Shown in pieces: positions 52,094 through 63,329 of a DNA stretch of 64,000 bases. Both the position numbers and the translations under genes were made by a program. Numbering within the stretch: position 1 is the stretch's first letter; each line of letters opens with the position of its first letter. The DNA is taken from the NCBI RefSeq assembly GCF_006345805.1, contig NW_021833026.1:1-64000 (forward strand), in the 5' to 3' direction. The notes beneath the pieces were generated by a model. That model was not told the origin of the DNA and made no database searches. It was given only the letters and a program-made list of their open reading frames with translations. This stretch comes from Octopus sinensis (taxonomy: Eukaryota).

Positions 52094-54001
52094 TCATAGA
52101 CTAAGTGTCTTAGTATCACAGCACAACACATTCCCGTTAGCACACAACACAACGAAATGGCCGGATTCCCCCTGTGTGACATACCCACAACTCATCATTT
52201 CCTCCACCCGATGCGACAGTAAACAATTTTCCTCCTCCACATCCCAAACCTTCACACTACCGTCGGCATCTCACAAATTATAATACATAATACAGGCCGA
52301 GAGCAGAATGCTATCTGCAGACAAATAAAGAGAGTCAATAGAGTTTGAGTTCTTATCTGTCAGAGCATGTACCAGTTGGACGCCTGGATTGTGGTATGAC
52401 AGACTACCTTCATCCTGACTGAACAAGAATATCTCAAGACACCCTTCCTCATTCCCAAATGCAAACATGTCCCAATTCGGATGGACGTTGATGGCAGTCA
52501 CGCCATCCAGACTGGACTGACCGATGAGGGGCATGGTAACGGATAAATCATCACACATATCGATAACCACAAAACTCCCATTTTTCGTACAAAGCAGTAC
52601 CCGTGAAGTATTCTTGGGAAATTTTTTTAAAAAATAAAAATGATCCACCGAAACTATACAAGTCAAATTATTACTCCAACAGTTTGTTAAATCAATCTCG
52701 GAAGCCTTCTCAAAAGTGGGGAGGTAGAGGGACAGGAGGGAGTTCTTTCCAGTGAGAACAATCATTTTCTTATCAGAAAACACATAATCTACAGGCTCCA
52801 GGTCACTCAAATCCAAGCTATCGCTAAATACTGCAAAATTAAAACTATGAAATACCAGAAGAACAAAAATAAGCAAGCTTCCCAGCTTTGGTGATTCCAA
52901 TAAAGTCACTTTGACCACAAAACACAATCTTGTAAGGACTAGCATCCAATGTCGACTCAAAAATTTGCCGAGCTTGTCTTTAACGTCAGAAAAAACCAAC
53001 TACCCCAAATCCTGCAAATAATTATCCACCAAAACGAGTCTGTCTTCATCAAATCCGACAATACACTCAATGTCAGCCTCCCCGACTAATTCTAACGTGG
53101 AAATACCACTAATATATTCCGTGATACGTACCAATTGGACTTGCCGACTATATTGAAGGACACGTGGTCGTGTTGGTAGTCCAATTCATCAATATCACGA
53201 ATAGTGTTGTCAAGAGACACATCAGAGAGCAGAGAGTGGACTTGGTCTGCTTATTATAAATAAATACCGGTCTGATCTCCCTGGTCTTCCACAAACAAGT
53301 CATCCTTCTCGGAGTAATCCTCAAATTCATCACAAACTAGTCCAATGCACCCTATAGCATACTGTCCAGTAGTTCATCACACACATCTCTCTCCAAAGAC
53401 CGATTTGTGGACGAAGATTCCTCATCCTTCGCTACTCTACCACTAGGAGACGAGCACACCGACGGGTTCTGCGACGAGTCGGTCTCTCTCCTGCAAAAAT
53501 CCAACAATTTGTCACCAAATTCAAACTCGTTAAGAAATCTAAGGATGAGGCAAACCATAACTTTCTGAGTTTGTCTCGCCCAGAGTCCCAATTTTTGTCC
53601 AAGTCGTCAAATTGGAACATTCCTGAAAAATAGAAAGAACAGAATCTACCAGTTTCCATGGGTTCCGCCATCTGAGAGCATTTGTAGAGCACGTCTGATG
53701 TCTCTGACTGTTTTCCGCACTGGGCAAGAGCGAGCTCCAGGACTTGTATTCGGGCGATTAAATCATTTCTAATGTTGGCTTGGCCTTTCCGTTCTCCGAG
53801 AAGATAGGCAATTTGTGCCTGACCAATTAGAACAATGGAGACTTTTAGTTGGGTTTTCTCAATCTCCCATTCCATGGACTTGATTTGGAACTTCCGCATT
53901 TCTGACTGCAGGTAGTTCATTGCATTTGAAAAGGAGTAGGGAATATTTTTTTGTTCTGAATTGTTGGTACACTGGTCTTCATTTTCAAATTCTTTAAACA
54001 T
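52094..54001 (-). CDS. STRN: Striatin-family protein (STRIPAK/PP2A regulatory subunit), divergent
   Basis: YSFSNAMNYLQSE...WEIEKTQLK-AQIAYLLGERKGQANIRNDLIARIQVLELAL; WDSGRDKLRKFL; C-terminal WD40 repeats ending DGSVKVWD. Confidence 0.85.
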
Positions 54002-54036
54002 CGATCACCACCACAAGAAAAATAAATTAATATCTA

Positions 54037-54314
54037 TTTATTATTATTATTATTATTATTTAAAGACCAATACGGGCAAGCCAGTTAATTATAGTTAATC
54101 CCGTGATCGCCGATCCAAACGAGGGAGATCCTTCTGAAAGGTTCAATCCTTCCCGCAAGATCGGCCTGAGACGACGATGTCCCAGGGTCTGAGAAGCTAA
54201 GAGTCCTTTTTCGGAAGGCATTAAGTGCCTCCTGAGCGTTGCCATATCCGAAGGAATTTCCAACTGACATGGTGGACCCCGTAACGCTACGCTAAGCCCG
54301 GAAGGTAAGAGAAA
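54037..54314 (-). mobile_element. 3' end of a LINE with a (TAA)n tail
   Basis: Reads HRRLRPILREG on the minus strand; (TTA)n on the plus strand at ~54037-54060. About 165 nt are identical to 55981-56156. Confidence 0.75.
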
Positions 54315-54321
54315 TAGTTCA

Positions 54322-55527
54322 GGTACATATGTAGTAGTTGGCGGCCACTTTTTAGCGAATTTTAAAAAAACTATATTTTTTTTAGTTAAAAAAAATATAT
54401 AATTAAAATAATACAATATAAAAATAATAAAATCCCACGCTACTTTAATTTAAATGAGAAGTGAGGTCAATCTATTCAATCTACCCACAAATATGTCAGA
54501 AGCTATCAATTTCATGCAATCCAGAGGAATCATCCCAAAAAAAAGTGTGTCGCAACGGACACCAAATGACTTTAAACATTGGCAGCTCTCCGGCTTGGAA
54601 TTGCTACAGAAGGGGCTGTCGAAGTAAATCGAGTCTAAAAACTGGTATTTATATCATTAAAACTCAACAGGAACGTGGTTAGCAGGAACCAAAGTACCAT
54701 TCGAAGATATAATCCGGTTTGTCTACCTGTGGGCAAAAAATATATCTTCTATGGAGATATGCATGGAAAATCTTGGTTGGGCTTCACATACAACCGTGGA
54801 CTGGTCAATGTACATGCGTGAAATTTGCATGCTATCATTGACATCTCGTCAGAGATCCAAAATAGGTGTGCGTAAATTTATAATATAATAGTCATTTTTC
54901 AAAAAGGAAATACAACAGAGGCAGAATGTTGCCTGAGCAATGGGTTTTCGGCGGAATCTGCAGAGAAACGAACCAATGCTTCTTAGAAGCAATACCTGAC
55001 AGAACAATGAAGACCCTTACGAAGGCTATTCTTGAGAATGTAGAAGAAGGCACCATTCTCATATCAGACTGCTGGAAGGGTTATTCAACAAAAGATCTTC
55101 AGGATGCAGGATATCAGCACCTGCAAGTGAATCACAGATATTGTTTTGTTGATCCAACTACGGGTGCACACACCCAACATATTGAAAGGTTTCCAATTAT
55201 ATAATTATTCCTTAGAATGTGGAGTAGCGCCAAATGGCGTAATAGAAAACAAAGGGGAACAGTCAGACAACACCTTAATAGTTATTTTACGGAGTTCATT
55301 TGGCGACAGACAGCCAAAAAGAAAGAATTTGAAACAATCATGGAGTGCATTGCCTTACATTGTCCCCCAGAATCAAAACTAAAATAAAAAAAATAATTAA
55401 TAATTTTGTATAAAAATAATTAATTTTTTTATAGTAATATTATTTAAAAAAGGTAATTATTCACCAAAAAAAATATAGTTTTTTTAAAATTCGCTAAAAA
55501 GTGGCCGCCAACTACTACATATGTACC
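54322..55527 (+). mobile_element. Merlin (IS1016/IS1595-like) DNA transposon; transposase has three 26-27-nt introns and lacks the first catalytic motif
   Basis: TIRs GGTACATATGTAGTAGTTGGCGGCCACTTTTTAGCGAATTTT; TSD TAGTTCA (54315-54321, 55528-55534). CRNGHQM...WNC...GC zinc motif; KRKYNRGR; QWVFGG; ISDCWKGY; VNH; HTQHIE-R-MWSSAK; EFIWR. Confidence 0.93.
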
Positions 55528-55580
55528 TAGTTCATTTATCATACAATGTTTTGAGGCATTTATATCTTAGGAATATAATA

Positions 55581-56268
55581 TGTCGCGACCCACGCTGGCG
55601 ACCATCCCACGCTGGCGACCATCAGTTTGACAGGTGATTAGTTTGATATTTAAACCGGAAAAAATTCATTTTAAGAAATGGTTTAGCGTCATTTTAGAAA
55701 AAAATTATGGTTTCTCTCAAAAGATGTTAGCTCATATAGTCTTAATTCTTAGGCTACGTGAAAAACGACAGTGAATACCAAAATCTGAGAAGTGTACTAC
55801 TTCAACAACCAGTGATGACTACATCCAAGTCAGAAAAATACAAACTTATGAAAAAAGCGACTCAATTTATCATTATTAATGATCGGTATATTTGCGACTC
55901 CTAACTCATAGTCTTTATCTAAAGGACGAGAATAACCAAAAACACAAATTGGTCATTTGTCTGGACAATGAAATGGAGATTATTATTATTATTTAAAGAC
56001 CAATACGGGCAAGCCAGTTAATTATAGTTAATCCCGTGATCGCCGATCCAAACGAGGGAGATCCTTCTGAAAGGTTCAATCCTTCCCGCAAGATCGGCCT
56101 GAGACGACGATGTCCCAGGGTCTGAGAAGCTAAGAGTCCTTTTTCGGAAGGCATTAGCATTCGCCATTCACCAATTACGATGTATTTATTTTAGAAACGA
56201 ATAACAAAATTTTTAACCTGTCACCTGTCAAATTGAAGGTCGGATGGTCGCCAGCGTGGGTCGCGACA
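55581..56268. mobile_element. Non-coding MITE-like element with TGT...ACA termini (Ginger-like), containing a LINE 3' fragment
   Basis: TGTCGCGACCCACGCTGGCGACCATCC ... GGATGGTCGCCAGCGTGGGTCGCGACA, flanked by TAATA on both sides (55576-55580, 56269-56273). Confidence 0.85.
55981..56156 (-). mobile_element. Second, shorter copy of the LINE 3' end, inside the MITE
   Basis: Sequence identical to ~54050-54223. Confidence 0.85.
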
Positions 56269-56961
56269 TAATATGTACATTCAATATCATTCACGGAGAA
56301 ATGCTAAACATCAATGGAGAACTCGAGAAAGCTCGCTTAGTCTTGCAAACAATATAGCGACTATTGCAATCTGCTCGATGTCTCAAAAGCTTTTGACCCG
56401 TATGGCACCTGGGCCTCTTGGAAAGTGTCGCCAGAATCAAACCCGGGTCTAAAACGGTCAATTTGCTAAAGAGCTATCTATCCATGAGGCAGTCATACAT
56501 ACGATGGAAAACCGTTTATCGGAATCTGTCGATCTCAAAAAAGGGGTACCCCAAGGCTTGGTTTTGAGCCCTCTACTTTTTAATATTTACGTTGTTGCTA
56601 TTCCAAAACTCTCATGATCTACGCGGACGACATACTAATAACAAATGTTTCGTGGAGAAAAGACATCTCGTGGAGGAAATTAAAAGGATACGCGACAAGA
56701 GTGGAAGAGTGGTGCATATCAAAAGGACTGACACTCCCAAAAGAAAGTCCACCGCCACTTGATTGCAAAACAGGGAGCTAAACGAAAACCGCCGAGAAAC
56801 CTCCATGGGTTTACAGTAACGGAGAACCTGAAATACCTTGGGGTTAAAGTTAAGGGTTCTTACTTCGGATACATCGATTCGAAGAGACGGAAATGCGCTC
56901 AAATTCTCAGGAGCATAATTCACTTCCATCTTTGTCAGGAAACATTTTTATCTTAATAATA

Positions 56962-58052
56962 TGTCACAGGCGCTGGGCATTACCGAGCGCTACGGTTACC
57001 CGAGTGGACTTAGAAAAAAATCAAGAAAAAATACTTGAAATTTTATGTTTCAAATTAATATACTTAATTTTATCAAACACGTAAAAGAAGTTATAATTTT
57101 TTTATGATATTTTTTAATTTGTTAAAATTATAATGCACAAAAACTTGCTTTAAAAATACTATATTAAAATAAAAATATTTATTAGATTTAATAATTGTTA
57201 TCTTACTAAAACAATTCTAAATGTATCTACTACAGATTTAATTCAAGAATAAGGCGTAAGACGTTTAAACACTAAGGCTCCAAAATTTTCATATAACGTT
57301 ACACAGAAATTGAAAAACTTTTTTAATGGATTATAACTAAAATTTTAATTATTTTTGATCTTATTTATTTTTTTTTGATTCGTTTCATGTGGGTTTTTTT
57401 CATTGTTCCGTCGGACATTTGAAATCAATCAGATCTATCTGAAATCTCTCATTTGGTTGTGAGGCTATAATGTGGTTTTCAGGATCAACTATTTTTGCAA
57501 ATCGACATATATCACATTCCGATACTACTTTCCAGATGATTTCGCGTTTAACAAAAAATATCTCTGATTACAAAACTCTTCAACGTGTTATGTCCGCAAT
57601 GAGTCATTGATGATTTGCGTAGCCACTAATTGCATCACCTCATGATTGTCTGCAGAAATGACTATTTTATGGTTTCCACGTGAGTCTTTAAGATATAGCC
57701 GCCCGGTAATGAAAGTAAAATTCTTGGACTTTCGAGTTAATCTGTATTTTTTTTGTTTAGATATTCCAATGATCCCCTGCTCTTCCAATATTTTAACTAT
57801 ATGATCATATTCTTGTACAGTTTTGACAAAACAGCGAGGCATCAAGAAAACTTTATAGAATACGCATGGTAAATTATCTATTTAAAAATTATCAAATGCT
57901 GCGCCTTTTAAAAATATTGAAATTATATATTTATTACTTTTAAATATAATAACTAAAAAAATTTAGGTTCAATTTTTATAAAAAATTCTTTAAATGTTAA
58001 ATTTGAGCATTCAGTAACCCGTAGCGCTCGGTAACCGGTAGCGCCTGTGACA
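56962..58052 (-). mobile_element. Ginger2/Tdd-like DNA transposon deletion derivative (integrase-type transposase)
   Basis: TIRs TGTCACAGGCGCT...TTACCGAGCGCTACGG; TSD TAATA (56957-56961, 58053-58057). GIN-like N-terminus (RLTRKSKNFTFITGRLY), HCGHNTL, ECDIC, PNERFQIDLIDF, then truncated. Confidence 0.85.
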
Positions 58053-58118
58053 TAATAAAATGGTATGGTGTGTGTCTGTCTGTCTGTGTGTGCACACCAA
58101 CTTCAAATTGGCAATACG

Positions 58119-58430
58119 ATGTCCTCGACTTACATGATGAGGTCCTTAAAACTTCCCCCCCAAAAAATTAAAAAAAATTTTCTGCATTTTGGTTAAAATG
58201 AACAACTACAATGTCCTCGACTTACATGATGAAGTCCTTAAAACCTTCCCCCCCAAAAAAATTAAAAAAAATTTTCTGCATTTTGGTTACAAATGAACAC
58301 TACAATGTCCTCGACTTACATGATGAAGTCCTTAAAACCTTTCCCCCAAAAAATCAAAAAATTATTTTCTGCATTTTGATTAAAATGACAACGCGAATGT
58401 CCTCGACATTCATGATGAGGTCCATTAAAA
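58119..58430. repeat. 92-94-bp tandem repeat (~3.3 copies) inside the Helitron
   Basis: ATGTCCTCGAC at 58119, 58211, 58305 and 58397. Confidence 0.9.
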
Positions 58431-58644
58431 CCTTCAAGGCAAAAATCTCACGTATTAAGAATATCCTTGATGAAAACGACAGCGAGAATATTAACAATGA
58501 TGAACTCCCAATTATTCGCGATAAAGAAATTCAATTCATCCTATGTTTTTCTCTTTAAAATTAATGCATATATCATTATCGACCATGAATCAAAATTAAA
58601 GCTATTATCATATTTGACTTTGACAGAATGTGCAATCACAGATT

Positions 58645-58845
58645 GCACGACTTGAATAGAGTGTGCAATTAACAGATTTTGAAAAACCACTTTGATAGTT
58701 GAAACCACATTAGCACAATCATTAACACAATTTACCACCAATTGACGCACGACCTTGAATAGAGTGTGCAATTAACAGATTTTGAAAACACTTTGATAGT
58801 TGAAACCACATTAGCACAACCATTAACACAATTTACCACCATTGA
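58645..58845. repeat. ~102-bp tandem duplication inside the Helitron
   Basis: GCACGAC(C)TTGAATAGAGTGTGCAATTAACAG at 58645 and 58747. Confidence 0.9.
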
Positions 58846-59869
58846 CAGCGCAATCAGAAGAATTTGCGTAAAAATATTAACTATTTACTTGAGTTTTTCG
58901 TAAAGATAGAATTTATTTTCGGTATGCCTCTTTTCCTAAACTTTTTTATTATTCAAAAATAATTTTTTAAATAGATAACCGAAGGAGGAAAAACGAAGCT
59001 GAAGAAAAAACGGTCAGCTTAATAAGGTAATTAATTAAATCTTTTTTGTGTGTCGTTTTTTTGTGTGTCGCTTTCTTGCCTGCCGCATTTCCGCCTGCCG
59101 CATCTCCCCCTGCCCCATTTCCGCCAGTAAAAAACAAAAAAAGAAAAAAAAGGAAATTACAAAGGAAAAATGAAAAAATTAAATATAAAAAAAAATAAAC
59201 TACAAAAAATGAAAAAAAAGTGTGCAATGACAATAAACAAGGCCCAGGGACAGTCATTAAAGGTAGTTGGGTTATTTTTAGAGAGTGAGTGCTTTTCACA
59301 TGGACAGCTGTATGTGGGATGCTCGAGGGTAGGCAGAAGAGAAAATTTATTCATATATGCCAAGGAAGGACGGACGACAAACATCGTTTATCAACAGGCG
59401 ATAGAATAGGGTTACATTAAACCAGGTAGTTTTATACATCTACATAAACTTATAGTTGTTTGATGAAACAGGCCCTCCGCAGGAGCTAGGTCGCGGTGAG
59501 CGAAGCGAGCTGCCGAGCTAGTATGTTTATAAAACGTGCGTCGAACAATTGCTTACCTACGGGTTTGAGGGATGATACCCTACTGCTGAGAGGAATGGCA
59601 TTATCGCTATGCTCGAAAAGACGAGACGATATGCCATCAAATTGGCAAATGGACTCCAGCTGGACCAATCCATCCCTCAAGAGATGGAAGACGCGACAGA
59701 AACGATTGGAAGTGTTCTTGAGAGAGCCTTTTCCTCTTGAACCTGGAATTAAACATAAAAATAGAGAAAAACAGGGCATAAAAAGCATACTTTGTCTCAT
59801 TAACTTTCTCTCTCTTTTTCGGCTTTTCCTTTTAAATAAATAAATTCATTCATTAATTCAACAGTCAAT

Positions 59870-60650
59870 GATATGCCAAATTTAGTTTCCCTACACGAAT
59901 TGAGTTATTTCCATTTCCGAAATTCTGTTGAATATGCACAGTTATAGTAAAAATTGTATGTGATCGGCTTAAAATTATAAATATAACCAAACCTAGATTG
60001 ATCATTGCTGAGAGTAGCGGCAGTTATCTTTCGGAGTCGAGCAAGATTGATTTTTTGGTAAAGTTCCTTCTGATTCTTCACAACGACTTCACTAAGCCCC
60101 TTAATGATGACAACTTTGTTCGAAAATATAAACAAAAATAACTTTTTTCATCAAACCCTTAAAGACAGCAAGTTTAATGTTACTCTCCCCTTCTTTAGCA
60201 TGCAGATCATACAATTCTTCGTTATAGAGTTCAAGAAATGACAGTTTCATTGATGTATAACAGTCCTATGGCACATATAGACAGATTGAATACCATTTTT
60301 TCAATTTTCGATAAATATCCTCAACGGTACGAGGAATGATGCCTGCACGTGAAAGTACTGACCACTTATTGTAGGTTTGATCATTATAATCGCCCTCCAT
60401 TGTGTATGTTTTCCCAGTAGCTGTTTGTCCGTATGCAAAAACAGTAAAACTGTAGCCGTTGATGACTTCTAAGATCGCTGGTGTCACAATTATTCTGTAA
60501 ATCTCTTCCTGAGATGAGTTTTGATCGAAAATTTTGGAAAATTTGAAATTCCTGGTTTCATTTCCATTCTTATTGCTAATGGATATTGCATTTTCTAAGG
60601 TCGTTTTAATTATGTTTTTTGAATTTTGTGTTTCTTCTGAATTTAATGGT
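59870..60650 (-). pseudogene. Kinesin-5 (KIF11/Eg5)-like motor-domain fragment, ending before DLAGSE
   Basis: FKFSKIFD; VINGYSFTVFAYGQTATGKTYTMEG; AGIIPRTV; LSFLELYNEELYDL; IIKGLSEVVV; SRSHTIFTITVH; GKLNL, then LINE sequence. One 1-nt frameshift at an A-run. Confidence 0.7.
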
Positions 60651-60723
60651 CCATTGGGTTAATTTATATCATATGATATTAATAAAACGGATAATGGGGA
60701 CTTAGACATAACAACAAAAACAA

Positions 60724-61542
60724 GTGAACGACAAAATTTTAGTCATTTATTTTATTCCAGAAATAACAAATACGACGAACACTACATTGATACAGCCCAC
60801 GAAATGTATGCATGTATTTAAATCTGGTCAAAGTATTAAAAAACATCGTGCTTGCAGTCTCCAATACAATCTAGAAATTGACCTGGAGAATATTATTAGC
60901 AATAAATTGACTCATACCTGCAAATGTGAGAAGGGTTTTAAATGGAATAAAAATGATGTCTTTTATATGTAGATCTATGCTTGTTTTGACATTGATGAAT
61001 GCTCGACTAATCTCCACGATTGTTCAATGGGGAAAATATGTCAAAACACGACTGGGTCTTACATTTGTGTCTGTCCTTTTGGGCTTTTGATTGATCCTCT
61101 CAGTGGGAATTGCATTCTCGCCGCAGGGCTAGAAAAACAACAAATCAAAGAGTTTCCTTCATCCTTTTTACGTTTCTTTCACCTCTCTCGTGTTTCTCCC
61201 GCTCGCCGCATTTCAGAACTTCTTCCATCAAATTTAAAAACCCTCAGCGTCTTTGTCGAATATTTTAAGAAATCTTATATTGATATAATTGAATTTTTTT
61301 CCAAGTCTGACATCAACAAATCCGTTTATCTGTCCGGGACTCATGTTAGTAGGGCTGAATTAACGAAAGTCAATGAACATCGGGAAAGTAGAGGCAAGTC
61401 ACAGATAAAACATTCTCGCTACTTTCATTTAATGGCAGAGCGATCACAAAATCCTGGAAAAGAACAACACTGTGCGAAGATCTGGAAAAATAAGAAGTTA
61501 CAATTGGATACTTGCAGGAATCAAAGCTGCATCATGAACTAG
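60724..61542 (+). CDS. Calcium-binding EGF-repeat protein with a C-terminal C-type-lectin-like remnant; 5' end uncertain
   Basis: CKCEKGF...C; FDIDECSTNLHDCSMGKICQNTTGSYICVCPFG...C (cbEGF consensus); EQHCAKIW...DTC. Confidence 0.65.
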
Positions 61543-62116
61543 AAAAGGAACTATTGGAAGAATGCAGAAACTTCAGTCCAGCGGGAATGCAGACACTTTG
61601 GGGCAATGGTTTGTGATAAAGAAGGAATTGAGACATTGATTCACCATTTTTAAATGATCGGATTTGCGTTCTTCAGATTAACACGAACAAGCTTTGCCTA
61701 TCTAAAAGTTTGAAAATAAATTATTTAAAATTTTATTAAAATAATTCCTTGTTAGAAATAAATAAATAAAATTAATAAATTAAAGAAAACACACATCGTC
61801 AATAAATTAACAAATAAACCAACTTTCAACCGTTGTTTCCCGCCAAACTTCTCATATAATTAAAAAAATACCTCAAAAACGTGGAATGCAATGGGCAACA
61901 TTGACTAATTCTAAATGGGATTGTCTGTTGTTGATGCGGCTGCAATTTCTGCTTTTAATAGTTTACAAATACGATTTTTCGGCTTAATTTTTATTCTTAA
62001 AAAATATGAAAATCCAGACAATCCAATAGACAATCCCATTAAAATTAAACTAAATTAATAAATAATGAAAAAATAATTAAAATCTATCTTTATACGTCGA
62101 GATTTATAGCATGACT

Positions 62117-62370
62117 AAAATTAAAGATTACCGCCGGCTGCAATCAGGTAGCGAGACGCGAAGATCGGGCGCTCCCAGAGATCCCGAATCCCAATAGGCG
62201 GAGACAAGTGAGGCGGTCCAGGACAGGGGAAGAGGTCTTCAGGGGTGAAGGAACGGTATGTTTCGAAAATGAGTGGATGATGTCCCGAGCGAATCTGTGC
62301 AAGCTGGACACGGAGATATCTGCCGAGTGAGTTTTGTTACATTATCTGCCGAGTTAGTTTTGTTACATTA
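62117..62370 (-). mobile_element. 3' end of an I/Ingi-group LINE
   Basis: RVQLAQIRSGHH...RDLWERPIFASRYL*, typical of I/Ingi/Vingi C-termini. Confidence 0.7.
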
Positions 62371-62374
62371 TTTG

Positions 62375-63100
62375 GTCGATCAAGGCTCTCCCCTCAAGGC
62401 TCTCCCCTTTCACCAGTCCTTTTCAACTTATTCTTATCGGATCTCCCGCTACCAAACGACAAAGACTCAATCGTATTATCATACGCTGACGATATCGTAA
62501 TTGCTACCCGGAGCCGTAAGGTGAACACGGCGAGTACAAAACTGCAGAACCACCTTAACAATCTCGAAAGTTGGCTCTCGCTAAATCGACTATCAACGAG
62601 TCCGGAAAAATCGGTCACCACGCTTATGACTTCAGCAAGGAAGCTTGGGAAAACGGTGGTGAACCTGTATATTACCACTAGCTGCATGAAGAAACTGAAC
62701 ATCTTGAAAGTGTTTCTCCGAAAATGCAGACAGTGGATCAGCTTCCCCGCACGCCAAGCGTTATACCGGCAATTCATCGAACCCTCCCTTAGCTATGCTT
62801 GTGAGGCGTGGGGAGGGTTTATCAGTGGAACGAACCGCGTTAAAATCGAGAAAACTCAAGATCGCTTCCGAAAAGCTCTACAAGGACCGAATGAACATCT
62901 ACTCATCGCCCCATTTAATGAAATCTTGAGAAGAAACCTCGGGGTTACAGGCCCTAAAACACCACCACCGCGCCCTCACAGAAATTGTGCCGGGACAAGG
63001 GAGGAGCACCGGGCAAAGTTGAGGACCCTCCTCAGAGAAGCCGGGGTCACCTGATTAATTAGTTTTATGTTTTGGACGGTGATCTTGGTTCTAATAATAA
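62375..63100 (+). mobile_element. 5'-truncated 'LREAG' LINE (RT C-terminal half, internally deleted)
   Basis: QGSPLSPVLFNLFL, SYADD, LSYACEAW, ends LLREAGVT*; the 3' UTR matches that of 32643-34067. Confidence 0.88.
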
Positions 63101-63329
63101 TTCCTTCAATCTGTATATTCCACTTATTTTGAATTTTTTGAAAAATTATTTTTTCCTTGATCTTTATTTATTGAATTTCATCCTATTTTTAATGAAAATT
63201 TCTATTATTTATAACGCAATTTTATTTATTTGTTCCCGGATTTTTTTAAAAAGCGTTTGTTCCTGGATTGAATTAATAAAAAATAAAGAATAACTGTGGA
63301 ATGGAAAATAACAAGATTAGGAACAGAGC

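Larger units (their letters stand above)
56951..59521 (+). mobile_element. Non-autonomous Helitron with a PIF1 helicase C-terminal remnant
   Basis: Inserted A|T. Reconstructed 5' end TCTTAATAATAAAATGGTATGGTGTGTGTCTGTCTGTC; 3' GC hairpin then CTAG|T; AMTINKAQGQSL...FSHGQLYVGCSRV (ORF 59170). Confidence 0.9.
56294..59845 (+). mobile_element. 5'-truncated LINE interrupted by a Helitron
   Basis: LDVSKAFD, GVPQGLVLSPLLFNIY, YADD, KYLGV. Removing the Helitron rejoins ETFL|YVYKTCVEQLLTYG. (TAAA)n tail; probable 7-bp TSD TCATTCA (56287-56293, 59846-59852). Confidence 0.85.
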
